Positions 13,380 to 30,789 of a DNA stretch of 64,000 nt are shown here, piece after piece. The position numbers and the translations under genes are program-made. This DNA comes from the human T2T-CHM13v2.0 reference genome, Homo sapiens, in NCBI RefSeq assembly GCF_009914755.1, contig NC_060935.1, one strand, 5' to 3'. Position 1 is the stretch's first letter, and each line of letters opens with the position of its first letter. Under the pieces are notes generated by a model. That model worked only from the letters and a program-made list of their open reading frames with translations. It was not told where the DNA came from and ran no database searches.

Positions 13380-13580
13380 TTAATAAATTTTGCACTATGC
13401 TTTCCTATGCATTATATTATCTAAATCTTCCAAATCTTATTTGAGCTAGGGATTGCTACAGATAAGGAATTGTAGACCCATTAACAAGAAGTGACTTGCC
13501 AGGGATCACGCAGTCAGTAAATGACAGAGATGAAATTTCACATTGGGTCTTATGAATCTAAACCCTGTGTACTTTCTACA
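13380..13580 (-). mobile_element. MIR SINE
   Basis: 'acagataaggaa...aagtgacttgccagggatcacgcagtcagtaaatgacagag'. Confidence 0.7.
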
Positions 13581-14439
13581 ATATGAAGGATCCTCAAGAA
13601 ACATATATTTGTTTTGAGCTCTTGTATGAGCAAGTCACCAATTTTGTTTTGGGAACAGAAAAGCATAAAATTGAATAATAAATAATGGCTTCTCTCAAGA
13701 ACCTTAGAATTTACTAGGAATAGTAGGAGAAATAAGGCATGACCATAAATACCCATGATAGTGGGAAGTGTGGAATAAATGACACCTGAGCTATTCAAGC
13801 CAGGAGTCCTGTGCATTCAGAAGAAGTGCTTAGGAAAGGCTTCCTGGAGAATGTAGCAGATAAACTGAACGATGTTCGGCTAATGCATAGATAAACAGGA
13901 TGGACGTATAAAACAAAGTAGCAGAAACCTCAGAAGGATAAAAATATTTTTCCACCTACTGTGGAAGGATGTAAGAAACACCTAAGATATATTGCCTGTG
14001 CTCAAGGATCTTACAATTAATTTGAGTAGAAAAGAACTATGCACTCCACATAATTGAAGAACAATCTAGAATATCACATATAGAAATTGAATGGTGAATT
14101 ATACAGCACAGAAAATAGAATACTGATGGTACTCAGAGAATAGGTTTTGTAGGTCTTAAGGCAGGGTTGTCCACTGCGAAAAAAGAATGAAGCACATGTT
14201 GCCAAGGCAAAGAGAGCATGAGAATAAGGACTAAAACTACTTTGGGGATTATTTGTTTGAAGATTTATTAAGTTTCAGTGAACTCAGTGCACACAGAACT
14301 AGGTACACATTTATAAGTCCTACAGATAGTTATAAAAGTGTGACTGAAGATAAAACAGCCAGGAACCACTGGGGACAGATTTACCTAGAAACAAAAACCA
14401 CAGCATGTAAGCTGAGTGAGGAAGGCCTGAAAGGAAGTT

Positions 14440-14620
14440 AGAGCTCTCCCACAAGTTGTGTGGTCTTGCTCAGACAACTCATTTAATCCCTGGTACTCAG
14501 TTTTATCATCTATCAAATGGAGCTAATAATAGCTTTCCTGCTTCAATCTTAAGTTTGTCATGAGAATTTCATAAGGCTTATTGATTGTATCAATCAAATG
14601 TCAAAGCACTGCCTACACTG
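14440..14620 (+). mobile_element. MIR SINE
   Basis: 'ctcagttttatcatctatcaaatggagctaataatag'. Confidence 0.7.
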
Positions 14621-14809
14621 AAGATGTAATGTCAGATGCTAGGTAGAAATGCAGAGATAATGAAACACTTCAATCTGTGCCCACACAGTCTAGCCAAGCA
14701 TTGAATACATCTAGTCATTAATTCAACCAACACTTTTTGAGAATCTACTCAATTCTAGGCACCGTGCTTCTCACTGGAGATCCTAAGTCAAAAAAAAAAA
14801 ATAACACAG

Positions 14810-15296
14810 AGTTAGAAAAAAGCGTAGCTATAAATCCTCATTACCTTGGATTGGCAATGGTTTCTTATATATAACACCTAAAGCACAAGCATAAGACATA
14901 ACACCTAAGCACAAGGTAAATTAAGTGGACTTCATTGAAGTTAAAAACATTTGTTTTTCAAATGACTCTATCATAAAAATGAAAAGACAATGGAAAGAGT
15001 GGGAGAAAATGTTTGCAAACCATATATCTGATAAGGGTCTAATATTCAAATATGTAATTAACTCTGATAACTCAATAATAAAATGACAAATAACCCATTA
15101 TAACGGACAAAGGATTTGAATAGATATTTCTCCATACAAGATAAATAAATGGCCAAAAATCATATGAAAAATTTATTAATATTATTAGGTATTAATGAAA
15201 TGCTGGTCAAAATTTCAGCGAGATACCACTTCGCATTCACTAGGATGACTACAATAAAAAAGACAGACAATAAAAATTGTTAGCAAGGATTTGGAG
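14810..15296 (+). mobile_element. L1MB-type LINE, ORF2 3' region (left part, interrupted by MaLR provirus)
   Basis: 'gggagaaaatgtttgcaaaccatatatctgataaggg', 'gagataccacttc...cactaggatg'; resumes collinearly at 20649. Confidence 0.85.
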
Positions 15297-16360
15297 TGTC
15301 TTAATTCATTTGGGATGCTATGACAAATGACCATAGACTGGATAATTTATAAACATCAGAAATTTGTTTCTTACAAATTTGGAGGCTAGGAAGTCCAAGA
15401 TCAAGGCACGTGCAGATTCAGTGTCTGGTGAGGACTTACTTTCTCACAGATGGTACCTTTTCACTCTGTTGTCATATGGTGGAAGAGGTAAGCTAGATCT
15501 CTGGGGACTCTTTTATAAGGGCACTAATCCCACTCATTCACGACAACTCTGCTCTCATTGCCTCATCACCTTCCAGCAGTCCCACCTCCTAATGCCACAT
15601 GGATAATTTGCTGTCAACATATAAGTTTTAGGGAGATGTAAACATTCAGAACATAGCATTCTGCTCTTGCCCCTCCAAAATTCATGTCCTTCTTGCATGC
15701 AAGATACATTCAACCCATCCCAGTAGCCCTAAAAGTCTTAACTGGCTCCAGCATTAATTCAAAAGTCTAAAGTCCAGAGTCTCATCTAAATGTTAGCGAA
15801 AACACATATGGTGAGACACAAGGCATGACTCATTCTGAAGTAAATTTTTCTCAGTTCTCTCCAGTCATGAGCCTGTGAGCTCAAACAAGTTACATGCTTC
15901 CAAAATACACTGGTGAGACAGGCATAGGATAGACATTCCCATTCCAAAAGGAAGAAAAAAGGAGTAACAGGTCCCAAGTAAGTCCAAACCCATTAGGACA
16001 AGCAACATTAAATTTCCACACTCTAGAATAACATTTTTTGACTTGATAGCCTGCTTTCCAGACATAGTGGGACAGAAATTGGGCTCCCAAGGCTTTAGGA
16101 GGCCCCATCATCATGGCTTTGCTGGGTACACCGTAAGCCACGTCTCTTACGCATTGGAGTCTGGTGTCAATAACGATACTGGGCTGAAATTGCAAGTCAG
16201 TGGCTCCACTGGTCTGGGGTTTCTGGGGTGGCTCTGCCCCAGGCTCTGCTAGGCATTGGCTTAGTGGAAACTCTCTGCAGAGGCCTTACCCTTGTGGTGG
16301 CCCTCTTCCTGGGTTACCTGTCTGAGGTTCTAGGAGGCTCCATTCTTCAAAATCTAAGCA

Positions 16361-16665
<305 letters not shown>

Positions 16666-17123
16666 CTAGATGGAAGTAGCCACACTACCACAGCTCATGC
16701 ACTCTGAGAGCCAACAGAGATATCAGCTTGAGGGTGTTGCCAATATTTACTGCCTCAGACTTCCAAAGGGGCAGCCACTGTGACCTGCATCACCCCTGGG
16801 CCCACTGGAGCTGAACCTGGGACAGGGGAGTAACACTGTGCAAGACTGCAGGGAGCAGAGCTTTGAAATCAGTTTGTCACCTCAGGCTCTGGCACTCTGG
16901 GCATGTAATAAGAGGGATAGCCTAAATGATCTCTGAAATGTTTTTGAGATCACTCTTGCATTGTCTTGGTGAATAGCACCTTGCTGGTCCATACTGATCT
17001 CCTTATCAAAGAGTTTCTTGGTCCCACCATCGATGTTCTTTCCAGAACACTGTTTCTCAGTTTTTACAAGATGGGCAAACTGAGATTTTCCAAATATTTA
17101 AATCCTGCTTCTTGTTTGATTAA

Positions 17124-19796
<2,673 letters not shown>

Positions 19797-20648
19797 TGTA
19801 TGTTTAAATAGATTTTCTCATCTTATAAGCATTCAACAGAAGCCATACTGTACCTTCAGCACTTTGTTAGAAATTTATTCCACCAAATATCCTGTTCACA
19901 AGTTCTACTTTCCAGAAAATACTAGGACATGAACACAATTCAGTCAAGTTCTTTGCTACTTTTATAACAAGAACTGCTTTTCCTCCAGTTTCCAATAACA
20001 TGTTCTTTATTTCCAGCTGATATGGCATCAGAATGGCATTTACCATCTATATTTCTACAATCTGTTTACAACCACTTAGATATTCTTTAAGAAGATTGAA
20101 ATTTTCCCTACAGCTCTCCTTTTCTGAGTCCGCACAAAAATGGCCATTAATGGTCCATGAATATCAATATAGGCTTTTTCTAGCATGAACCTCCAAACTT
20201 TTTGGCCCCTACCCATTACCCAGTTCCAAAAGCACTACCACATTTTTAGGTATTTATTATAACAGCAAACCCACTCTCGGTACCAATTTTTGCTTTATTC
20301 TTTGTGGCCTGCTGTAACAAAACACCATAGATCAGGTAGTTTATAAACATCAGAAGTTTATTTCTCATGGCTCTGGAGGCTAGGAAGTCCAAGATCAAAG
20401 CACCAGCAGATTCAGTGTCTGGTGAGAGCCAGCTTTTTCATAGATGCCAGCTTCTCACTCTGACCTCATAAAAAAGCAAGAAAGATCTCTGGGGACTCTT
20501 ACATTTATATAAGGGTACTAATTCCATTCATGAAGGGTCTGCTCCTCATCACCTCCCAAAGGTCCTGCCCACCTTCTAATACCATCACATTTGTGATTAG
20601 GTTTCAAGATATAAATTTTGGAGGGACACAAACATTCAAACCATAGCA

Positions 20649-21278
20649 TAGAGAAATTAGAGCCCTCATACGTTGCTCGTGGTAATGTAAAGATAGTGTG
20701 GCCACTTTGGAAAACAGTTTGGTCGTTTCTTATAAAGTTAAATATAGAGTTATCATATGATTCAGCCATTCCATTCCTGGGTATATACTCAATAGAACTG
20801 AAAACATATATTCACACAGAAGTGTTTACATGAATGTTCTTAGTAGCATTATTCATAATAGACAAAACATGGGAAAAATAAATGCTCATCAATTTATGAA
20901 CAGATAAATATGAAAACATATCCAGCCATTAAAAGGAATGAAACAGTAACACATATTACAATATGGATAAAACTTGACAATATTATACTAAGTGAAAGAA
21001 GCCAGTCACAAAAAGCCAAATATTGTATAATTTCATTTCTATGCATTGTCCAAGATAGTCAAATCCATAGGGATAGAAAGTAGGAATAGCAGTTGCTAGG
21101 TAGAGGGAAGTGGAAATGAAGAGTGACTATTAATGGGCATGGATTGTTTTTCGTGGTAGTGAAAATGGTCTGGAATTAGGCAGTGATAATGTTTGCACAG
21201 CCTGCTGAACACACGAAAGTGTCCATATTAAAAGGGTACATTTTATGATATGTGAGTTATTTCCCAATTTTTAAAAAA
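20649..21278 (+). mobile_element. L1MB-type LINE 3' end (continuation of 14810-15296)
   Basis: 'gccactttggaaaacagtttgg', 'ctaagtgaaagaagccagtcacaaaa', 'aaatccatag..atagaaagtag', ending in A-run. Confidence 0.85.
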
Positions 21279-21439
21279 GTCAGGGTTCCTTCTAATCAAG
21301 GAGTTTACAACAAAATAAGAAGAAAAGAGAAAAAATTGCTACTTGCACTATTACCGCTGCTTGCAATGCAAAACATTTTTTGTTCAATATAATTAAGCAT
21401 TGGTGAGTTGTATCATACATACAGAGAGATATGAAATAA

Positions 21440-22077
<638 letters not shown>

Positions 22078-22184
22078 TAGGAAATATAAGGCACAATATG
22101 CATATAAAAACGATTATTAACAAGTGTCAGTTCCTGGAATCTTTGAATCTTAGGGATGAGAGCTCATCTAGTACTACCTTCTAG

Positions 22185-22518
<334 letters not shown>

Positions 22519-22694
22519 ACCATACAATATCTTTGATCTTTGTTCCCAGCCTATATTGCATATTTCCTGGGAGAGGGAACTCAGTATTGACCCAGTTTGT
22601 TCTCTTTGAATAGCACTGGGCATTTTGAACGTTCTTTCTTGCATTAAGACTATATGCTTCTTAGACAAGGAAGCTGTTCCTTGGCAATACCCCT

Positions 22695-23091
22695 ATCTTA
22701 GGTTAGGTTGTCTAGGAACGAAGTTTGAGATGAGGATTTAGATGGACATTATTTATTCACAGAGGGTTCTTAAGGATAAACTTACAAAAGAAGAGAGAGA
22801 TAGGAAAGTGGAAAGATCAGATAAAGAAGTGGTCCCAGTCAAGTACATTCTTGGCCCCATATAAAAGGGTAAGGCTCTCAAAAGCATAAGCCATTCCACA
22901 GAGTTGCCAGGCTTAAGCATCAATAGGTCATGAGCCACAATGGTGGTAGAGGAATGAGTAACTTCTTAGGGAAGGCAGCCAGGAAAAGGGGTCAGGGCAG
23001 CTGCAAGCCACTGGTGACTAACACAGCAGCTAGGTGCAGGGCATGCAGGCCTATAAAGGAATGTGGGCAGGTGTCACAGCACCTAGCAAAG
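22695..23091 (-). mobile_element. ERVL LTR (LTR33/LTR16-like)
   Basis: 'tcttaggttaggtt...tgagatgaggattt...tttatt' start and 'tgggcaggtgtcacagcacct' end resemble antisense LTR33. Confidence 0.6.
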
Positions 23092-23099
23092 TAGATGAG

Positions 23100-23360
23100 C
23101 ACAGTGGCAGGGGTCGCAGGACACAGAGTAGAGCCAGTTTTAGAACTTAAGTCAATTCTGAAGTCTACTATCTGTCACAGATTAGCTGTGTGACCTATGC
23201 CACTTATTATCCCTAATCCTGTTTCCTTAGCTGTAAAATGGGCATAATAATACCTGCTTCATAGGAATATGACAAGGATCAAGAGAAATGACACCTAAAA
23301 TATATTTAGCATTATGCTTAGTGCATAGTTAACATTCAGTAAAGGTAGTTTCTATCATAG
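23100..23360 (+). mobile_element. MIR SINE
   Basis: 'tagctgtgtgacct...gtttccttagctgtaaaatgggcataataatacctgcttcatagg'. Confidence 0.8.
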
Positions 23361-26209
23361 AAAGTATGCATTAAATACTTGTTGATACGAAATGTTGCCC
23401 ATTTCTTTCCAAGGTGAAGTTAAAGAAGTTGAATTACTTGTTTAGCCCATCACCAATTTCAAACCTTTATTTCCAGCCTCTATAATATGTCAGCATTTTC
23501 TCACCACAGTCTGAATTCACACTGTGAAAATGTGAATTTTGTCCTGAAATCCACTTGCTATTCACTAAAGCCATCACCTCCAGAGGAATCGTCTTTCTCT
23601 TAGCTCTGCCTTTTTGTCCCATCTGAATTAAGTTTTCATTCTGTACTATCATAAATCCATCAGTGTCTGACTTTTTCCTTTGTGGTGGTGAATACCTAAG
23701 TCTGACTATGAATCCATGTCCTGCTGTAATGATTTCAAATGCATTCCAGGTTACAGGGTTATCCCTGTTAAAGGCATTTTTGTAAGAGTCTGGTATCTTG
23801 CCAGGAGAAGGTCTGTGGTCCAGATGCCAAAACACATGACAGCAGACATCAGACTGAAAACCAGTGATGAGACTGTCGGCTGCCAGACTGGCAGCTCTGT
23901 CATTGACAGTGGTACTAGACAGATTGGAACTTGACACTGGACAGGATAAAAAAAACTAGGGCTGTATATCATGACAAGCACAGAATGCACCTGAGAAAGG
24001 TGCATCCCAGTAGGGAAGCAGCTGTGCTGGGCAGAGCACTGGGAGTTCACACACCATCCCCAAAAACTACAGCCAGTCACCCCCTGGAGATGACCTCTAG
24101 GGGGAACATCTTCCCACCCAACACATCCTGTCCCTCCAAGGGACTTTCAGTAATGAATTGACTTACCATTTTACTCTCCTCCCATCCTCAGCTTCTCTCC
24201 ACTACAACACATGCTAAGATGAGCATTCCTCACCAGCTGTCTTCCAGAGAGGGCAGCAATGTTCTTTTGTTCATGCATGCATTCATTCATTCATTTATTC
24301 ACTCAATGAATATTTAGTAAGTGCTTAGGAGGCACTAAGGATACCAGATCAGATTGATGACAAATTTAGAATAAAGAAGACCATGGATGACTAAGTTTAA
24401 CCTCTACACAGTACAAACTCTGCTCCACCCCTCTAATATATGACTTTTGAAAAGAGAAAGTTTGGAGAAAACCTCCTTACTTCAAATGTTAAGTTAGTAA
24501 TGGCAGACATGTAGGCAGTGCTGCATAGACAATTGGGGCCCTTCCTGGTCCTCAAATCACACCACTTACGTAGCTGGCTATTCAGTCTAGAGAAAAGTTG
24601 GGCCTCTCTCTGCTTTCACAATGTAGAAAACAGCTACACTGAAATCCCAGTGCCTGAAATGAACTCTTATTAATACCCATTTATGTTCAAATCCCCCCCA
24701 TGGAGTCAGTGTCTCATGACTCCATTTCTCACTTGGCGAAATGGGGATGCCGTCACATGCAAGAATGGCAGCCACTGAGGAGGGAGAAATCACTGCTATT
24801 TGCATTATCTAGTGGATTCATTTCCAACTGTTAGTTTTTCTTGTATGTTTGAAATACTCAGACAATAATAATGAGATGGGATATGACAACTAAAACTCTC
24901 CAACTTAGCAAGATTCATTTTGCAAAATCATCACAGAGCATCTGAATCACTGCCTAGCAGAGTAGAACAACGTCTGGCAAACAAGTGGTGATGTATTATA
25001 ATGTTTTTAGCACCATATGGCAATATGTCTTCAAAGTCACCTGCAGGTTGAAATGAAAAACCCACTCTATAACTACCTCAGGAAAATGGGGGAGGGGCAG
25101 GGAATCAAGAGGTACATTGGGATAATACTACATGGGCAACAAGAGCATATACTGTTAATATTAAAGCAAATATTAATATAGCAAGACATTACTTAGAAGC
25201 TCAAAAACAAGTTGCCCAAAACCCTAAATGTCATAAAGTTTAACAAACTGAAGACCCATCTATTGAACTACAAGATTATATTATCCAGGCCCAATTAAAA
25301 GTGATTAAAATTTGCTGTGATCAGCCTTAATTAGGACTCTTACCCTTCGATAGGAGAAACAAAATCAGAAGCCAGTGACAAATAGAACCTTAAATGTTAG
25401 ATGAGTTTATTTTCTCTTGTTTTCGTTAAATAGATACAGCCATTCTAATTTTTTTTTCTTATAATAAATTGTCTTGCCCACCCTGTGGGGTGGAGAGCAC
25501 AGCTTGTACTATTGGACAAATCTCTCTGTTCCAGCTCCTCCCTAGACCTTTCCCTGCACCCTACCATCTTCCTATGCATAGTTCTGGTCATCATCATTTC
25601 AATGCAAGCATTGGTGTCCCACATCACACCAGTTCAGGGAGTGAGGGCAGGAGGAGCAGGGACAAAAGGGACAAGAAACAATGACTAAATAGTAGAACAC
25701 TGCCTTCTACCCCAGCTTCCTTAAATTCCTCCCTAAAGTTTCCAAAAGTCCTCAGAGTTGACGTACGTGTGCTTTTACGTTCTCCCTTCAGCCTGCTGCC
25801 TTCTACCGTTTTCCTCCCCTTTTAGGCATGACCATTTGATAAATGTTTACTGCAATGATGCCTGCTGCAGGACCTACCTATGTCCATGACAAAGATGCTA
25901 AAGTATCATGTCATTTTCTTTGTTCCAAATGTGATGTCTGTAATCAGTGGCTCTGACCACTGGGTGCCATATCCAATGGGCTTCAATAGCCTTCATGGCC
26001 ATGTTCCCTGTCAGTCTCTCCCATGATCCACAATGTTGTGGTTGGTCCGTTGTGCTCACCACACCTTGTGAATTTTCTCTTCTGTCACATCGTTCTCTGG
26101 TCTCAGGCATTTATCTTTGGGATCGTATTACCAGAAAATACAATTGATCCGTATTTTTTCACCCTTACCCTGGCCCAATGTCCTTAAACCAAGCATAAAA
26201 ATGATAATC

Positions 26210-26400
26210 CTAAAAGTAATAATAATAGTCATAATTTATTTAACATGTGAGATTTTTCAGGTTCTCTATTAAGTACTAACTATACATTATGCCGATCATT
26301 ATCTCAATCACTTAGAGAAGTTGCATAGCGTAAGAGCTAAGAAAGTCAGGATTCAATTCCACGTCTGATTTCGGAGTTTTATCCATTACACATACTACCA
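26210..26400 (-). mobile_element. MIR fragment (degraded)
   Basis: 'ataatagtcataatttattt...gttgcatagc.taag...gtcaggattcaa'. Confidence 0.5.
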
Positions 26401-26579
26401 TTAATTTCTCAACTCTTTTTTTTTTTTCCTTTAGAACATGTTTGTTTCCAAGAAAATCTTTAGGAGCTCATGGAAATAAATTTCAGAAATCAAAATATGG
26501 TGAGAACACACACTGAATTCTAGATAAACAGCGCAATTTAGTTTCTCAAGCTGAGATCTGATTGAATGGGAATAATGCC

Positions 26580-27420
26580 TTTTACTTTTACTTTTAGCTC
26601 CATTCTTCTGAGCGCTTTGCTTTCTTTAAGACCTCCAGTGTCTCCCGGGTACCCATTGGCGTCCAAATAGACCTCAAATATAGGTTTTCAGGCTTTATTC
26701 CCACCAGTTCCCTACATGTAGCCTCTGCTGCTGCCAGAATAGACTCTGCTATTCCCCTCTCCATACCTCCCCATACCTCTGTGCTCCTGCTTATTCCTTC
26801 TTGCTAGCATGTCCCCTGCTCTACTACCAATCCCAAATCCCACTTGCCATGAATGTGGTCTCTTCTGGACTCTCTAATGTGTGAGGGTCCCCTCTTTCAC
26901 TTTTTTTTTTTTTTTTGAGATAGAGTCTTGCTCTGTCCTCCAGGCTGGAGGGCAGATGCGCGATCCTGGCTCACTGCAAGCTCCGCCTCCCGGGTTCACG
27001 CCATTCTCCTGCCTCAGCCACCGGAGTAACTGTGACTACAGGCACCCACCACCACGCTCAGCTAATTTTTTGTATTTTTAGTAGAGACGGCGTTTCACCA
27101 TGTTAGCCAGGATGGTCTCGATCTCCCGACCTCGTGATCCGCCCACCTCGGCCTCCCAAAGTGCTGGGATAACAGGCGTGAGCCACCGTGCCCGGGCCCC
27201 TCTTTCACTTTTATAGGATGTTGTGTGTCCCCTTGGGTGGGTGATAATTCTGAATTTCTGGTTATTGTGGTTATTTGAATACTTGTCTTATCATATCCAC
27301 CATTTAGATTGTAAATTTCCTCTAGGAAAGGACTCAGCCTTACGTCCTTATACCCCTTCCAGTACCTAAGAGAGTGCTCTTTTCCCGGAGTGGACACTTA
27401 ATAGCTATTTATTGAATTAA
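26580..27420 (+). mobile_element. L2 3' region interrupted by AluY
   Basis: 'tagattgtaaatttcctctaggaaaggga...cacttaatagctatttattgaa' L2 tail after the Alu. Confidence 0.6.
26901..27198 (-). mobile_element. AluY
   Basis: CpG-rich antisense Alu with Y diagnostics; TSD cctctttcactttt on both sides. Confidence 0.96.
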
Positions 27421-28334
27421 AATTAATTTGTGTTCCTTCATAAACAGGTTATATTTATAATCAAATACAATACATTCCTTTTCCACTTGGGAGTCCCCAT
27501 ATTTTCCCTAGAAACAAGGGCACTTTGAAGTCATTCAGTGCTTTTAATTTACTTTTCCCTTAATGGAGTTTGCTTCCTAGTTGGTTCAATCTATTCTTTA
27601 GAAGTCTATTTCCCGATAGATTTATAGCCTCGAAAAACTTTTTTTTCTACCTTAAAAATCCCTTTGATTATTTATTGGGCCTGATTCATCTCAAGGGCAT
27701 TTATATTGTTTTCTTATCAAAAGAGAATGTCCTATTACATTTCAGCCAAAATATCTTGTTTTCTTCAAGCTCCAAATGATTTATGGTGTATATTGTATAT
27801 TTGGGAAAATTAAAGTTTTCTATGTAAACTCTGTCTCAAAAACAAAAATATTTGGCATGATTATTTCATAAGGCCAGCATGTCCAAATTGTTTCTGCCTA
27901 GTTTTGGCTTTCTATGCTACATCCAGAAGCAGCAGTGTGGCTCACAGCCAGGAAGGGTTACTTAGGAGCTTCCTGGCAGACTCCTGCTCTTAGCCTCACA
28001 TGGACCTCAGCCTTATGTGGTCGATTGGTTATTCTGATGAGAGCTGTTGGTTTGCCAGTACATAAAGTTTAGAGAAAGACTACATGGAGAAAAGTACAGT
28101 CTTTCAAAACCATATTGCCAGACTTTGTGTTTTTAATACATATTTATTTTATTACATGTTAATTCATGCATATGATAAATTATCTATACCAAAGCCTGTA
28201 TAGAGAAAAGTGTGCTCCTCTCCCACTTACGTCCTAGCCACACAGTCCAGAGACAATCACTGTTAGTGTTCTTTCTATATTCTAGACTAAAGGTTTAAAG
28301 AGGAACCAGAGAAATTATAATGAGACACAGCAAC

Positions 28335-28720
28335 AGTCAACCAACAGTTACACATTGAGTACCTCCTATCCTCTGGGTACTATGATAGGTGCTTCTGCTA
28401 GGCCCCTTCCTGCTTCACAAGGTTTATAGCTAAGGGGAAAACAGTAAGCAGGGCGTTAGAACACAGTGCTGTAATTGTACAAGTGCCAGGTGCTAAGGGA
28501 AATCGCAGACTGCCCAGAGGTGGTAAAATCCTTTATGAGGGCTCCAGAAGGCAGAGTTTTGTCAAGCAGAGAGAAAGGAAATAGTGATCCTCAAGAATAG
28601 CTCTGAAAAGTCAGGAGGTAAGAGAGAATGCCTGACAAGTTTCACACTGAAAAATGGTCAGTTTAGTTAAAACTTGTGTTTGAAGAAAGATGGCGGGGGG
28701 GTGGGGGGTAGCGTGGGAAA
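28335..28720 (-). mobile_element. L2 fragment
   Basis: 'cattgagtacctcctat...ggtactatgataggtgct' is an antisense L2 tail. Confidence 0.55.
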
Positions 28721-30059
28721 GACTAGAAAGGAGAAAGTAACTCAATGATCTCCTTCCCACTGTCCTTGCTATTGTATCATAAAAAGAATACTGCACATGA
28801 AATAAGAAACCCAAGTTTTAAATACTTGCTAATTACCTGAAAACTTTAGTTGCTTCATGTGTAAAGGAAGAGAAATCAAAAGCCATCTCACAGAATTATT
28901 GAAAAAATTAAAGTCAATTATATAACTTATGCAAGGATGGCTAGAATAGTGTCAGGCAAATACAAATAGTGAAATCTAGCAAATGTTAAAAGCAAAAAAA
29001 AAAAAAAGAGAGAGAGAGAGAAAGAACTAATCTAGACCACTGGAATTTCTTCTGGCACAAATGCAACCTTCTGAACTGCCAGGACACTAATCAAGAGGGG
29101 GAATGGCCTTCCCAAAGCCCCATCCCATGTTCTCTTACACTAGCCTGGTCCCATCTTGAAGATTAGACTACTTGAAAGACTATCCAAAGTGTGCTGTAAG
29201 ACAATACACATCTGCCTCCTAAGGCCTGATATTCTTCAAAATATTACTGAATCAAACAAATGAATATGTTGTCACACTTTGAGGCTGGAAAATAAGTCTC
29301 TATAGTTTGGGAAGCAAATTGAGCTCTTAGTCATTTATATGAATTGCCTATTTTTTCAGGCTGAAATTGTAAAACTGGCAAAGGAGTAACATATTAAAAC
29401 ATAATTTGCATTCTTGTTTACTTGCTTGCCTTTATAGCCACAAATAAACGAAGTCCTAACAGAAAGGTTATTTGAAAATGGACCATCCCCAGAGTAGCAG
29501 AGCACCAAAGTTCTTTAAATGGTGGTGCTTGATTTCGCATATTTTTTTGAGAATTTCTACATAGCAACTGGTATTGTGCAGAAGACTGCAGAATCTCAGT
29601 GTTGTATATTTTTGCCCTCTAATTGCTATTTAATTTGCACTTCAATGCTTTCAAAATGAGTGTGAAAAATAAAAATTAAGTAGCAATTAGAGGGTAAGAG
29701 ACACAATTGTATAATTTCTGACATCCAGAACAAAGTTTCAATAGTAAGGGAAATTAGCTATGGCAGTTCAGGCATCTGACCCACTTTGGGCCTATGGCTG
29801 AAGCATTTGAAATGCCAGGAGCTATGGTCTTGAAAGAGTTGAATTGAAGAGATCAGACTTGACATTGGAATACATGAATCTATTGTCAAGTCCATAGGTT
29901 TTCCACTGATAGAACCGTGTAAGTCCTTTATAGAATTTTGTAGGCATTTTCTAAGCATACCAAGGAAAATGCAAACCTCTGCTTAATTAATTGTGTATGA
30001 TCTGTAACATATTAAAAGTCACTAAGGAAGCAATCTTGGCCATGCTAGAGATAATAATC

Positions 30060-30280
30060 CATTCATTTCTTTGTTTATTCAACTCATGGGCATTTCTTTC
30101 ATACCTACTAAAAATCAAGGGAAATACCAGCCCCTAAAGTTTCAAAAATAAGTAAGACATGGTCTCTGACTTCAGGGAATTCATAATGTATTGCAACAAG
30201 TGTTAAAGGAAATAATAATCATTACAGAAAATAAGATTGTTGCATAAAGAAGGGGAGAGTTAAAATTTAATCTGCTCTGG
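30060..30280 (-). mobile_element. L2 tail
   Basis: 'cattcatttc...attcaac...aagtaagacatggtctctgacttcagggaattcata'. Confidence 0.6.
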
Positions 30281-30789
30281 GTGTCAAATATACTGGGTAC
30301 ACTGTTGGTGGAGATATAAAAGTAATCAAGTAATTCTGATTGCCAATCTTACGAAAATTAGACTATTGCCCACCTAAATTGACCAACAGAAAAGAAACAG
30401 CTGATGGAGGTGGATTAACTATTTAATGACTTGCAGATTTAGCCACAGATCCAATCTGAATTAGTCAAGGAAAAACTGAATTTATTCTTTAGGAGACAGT
30501 GTTTGGAGTTTAGGGCCCCATATTCGTGGGTATGTGGAATTGCTTCAGCTACAACTGTTTCGGCTACAACTCTTTTAATATCTGTAACCTAAGGTTCAGT
30601 CCTTTATATATATATGGCCATGGCAGAGGTACGCTGCTGCTGATTTTCAAAAGCTAAGATGAAAGAGGAGATGGGGAGCACCTGTGCTGGATAAACACAG
30701 AGCTGTTTAAAAAAGAAAAACCCGGTATGACTGCAAGGACATATGAAAGAGTTCAAGACTAATTAGTAGTGTATAGTCTTTTAACAGGC

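Noticed and set aside
23467-24161. Overlapping 72-156-aa ORFs on both strands
   Set aside because: No recognisable domains or exon structure; consistent with chance ORFs.
29589-29720. MADE1/miR-548 identity for the palindrome
   Set aside because: The arms lack the MADE1 terminal sequence (TTAGGTTGGTGCAAAAGTAATTGC) and there are no TA flanks.
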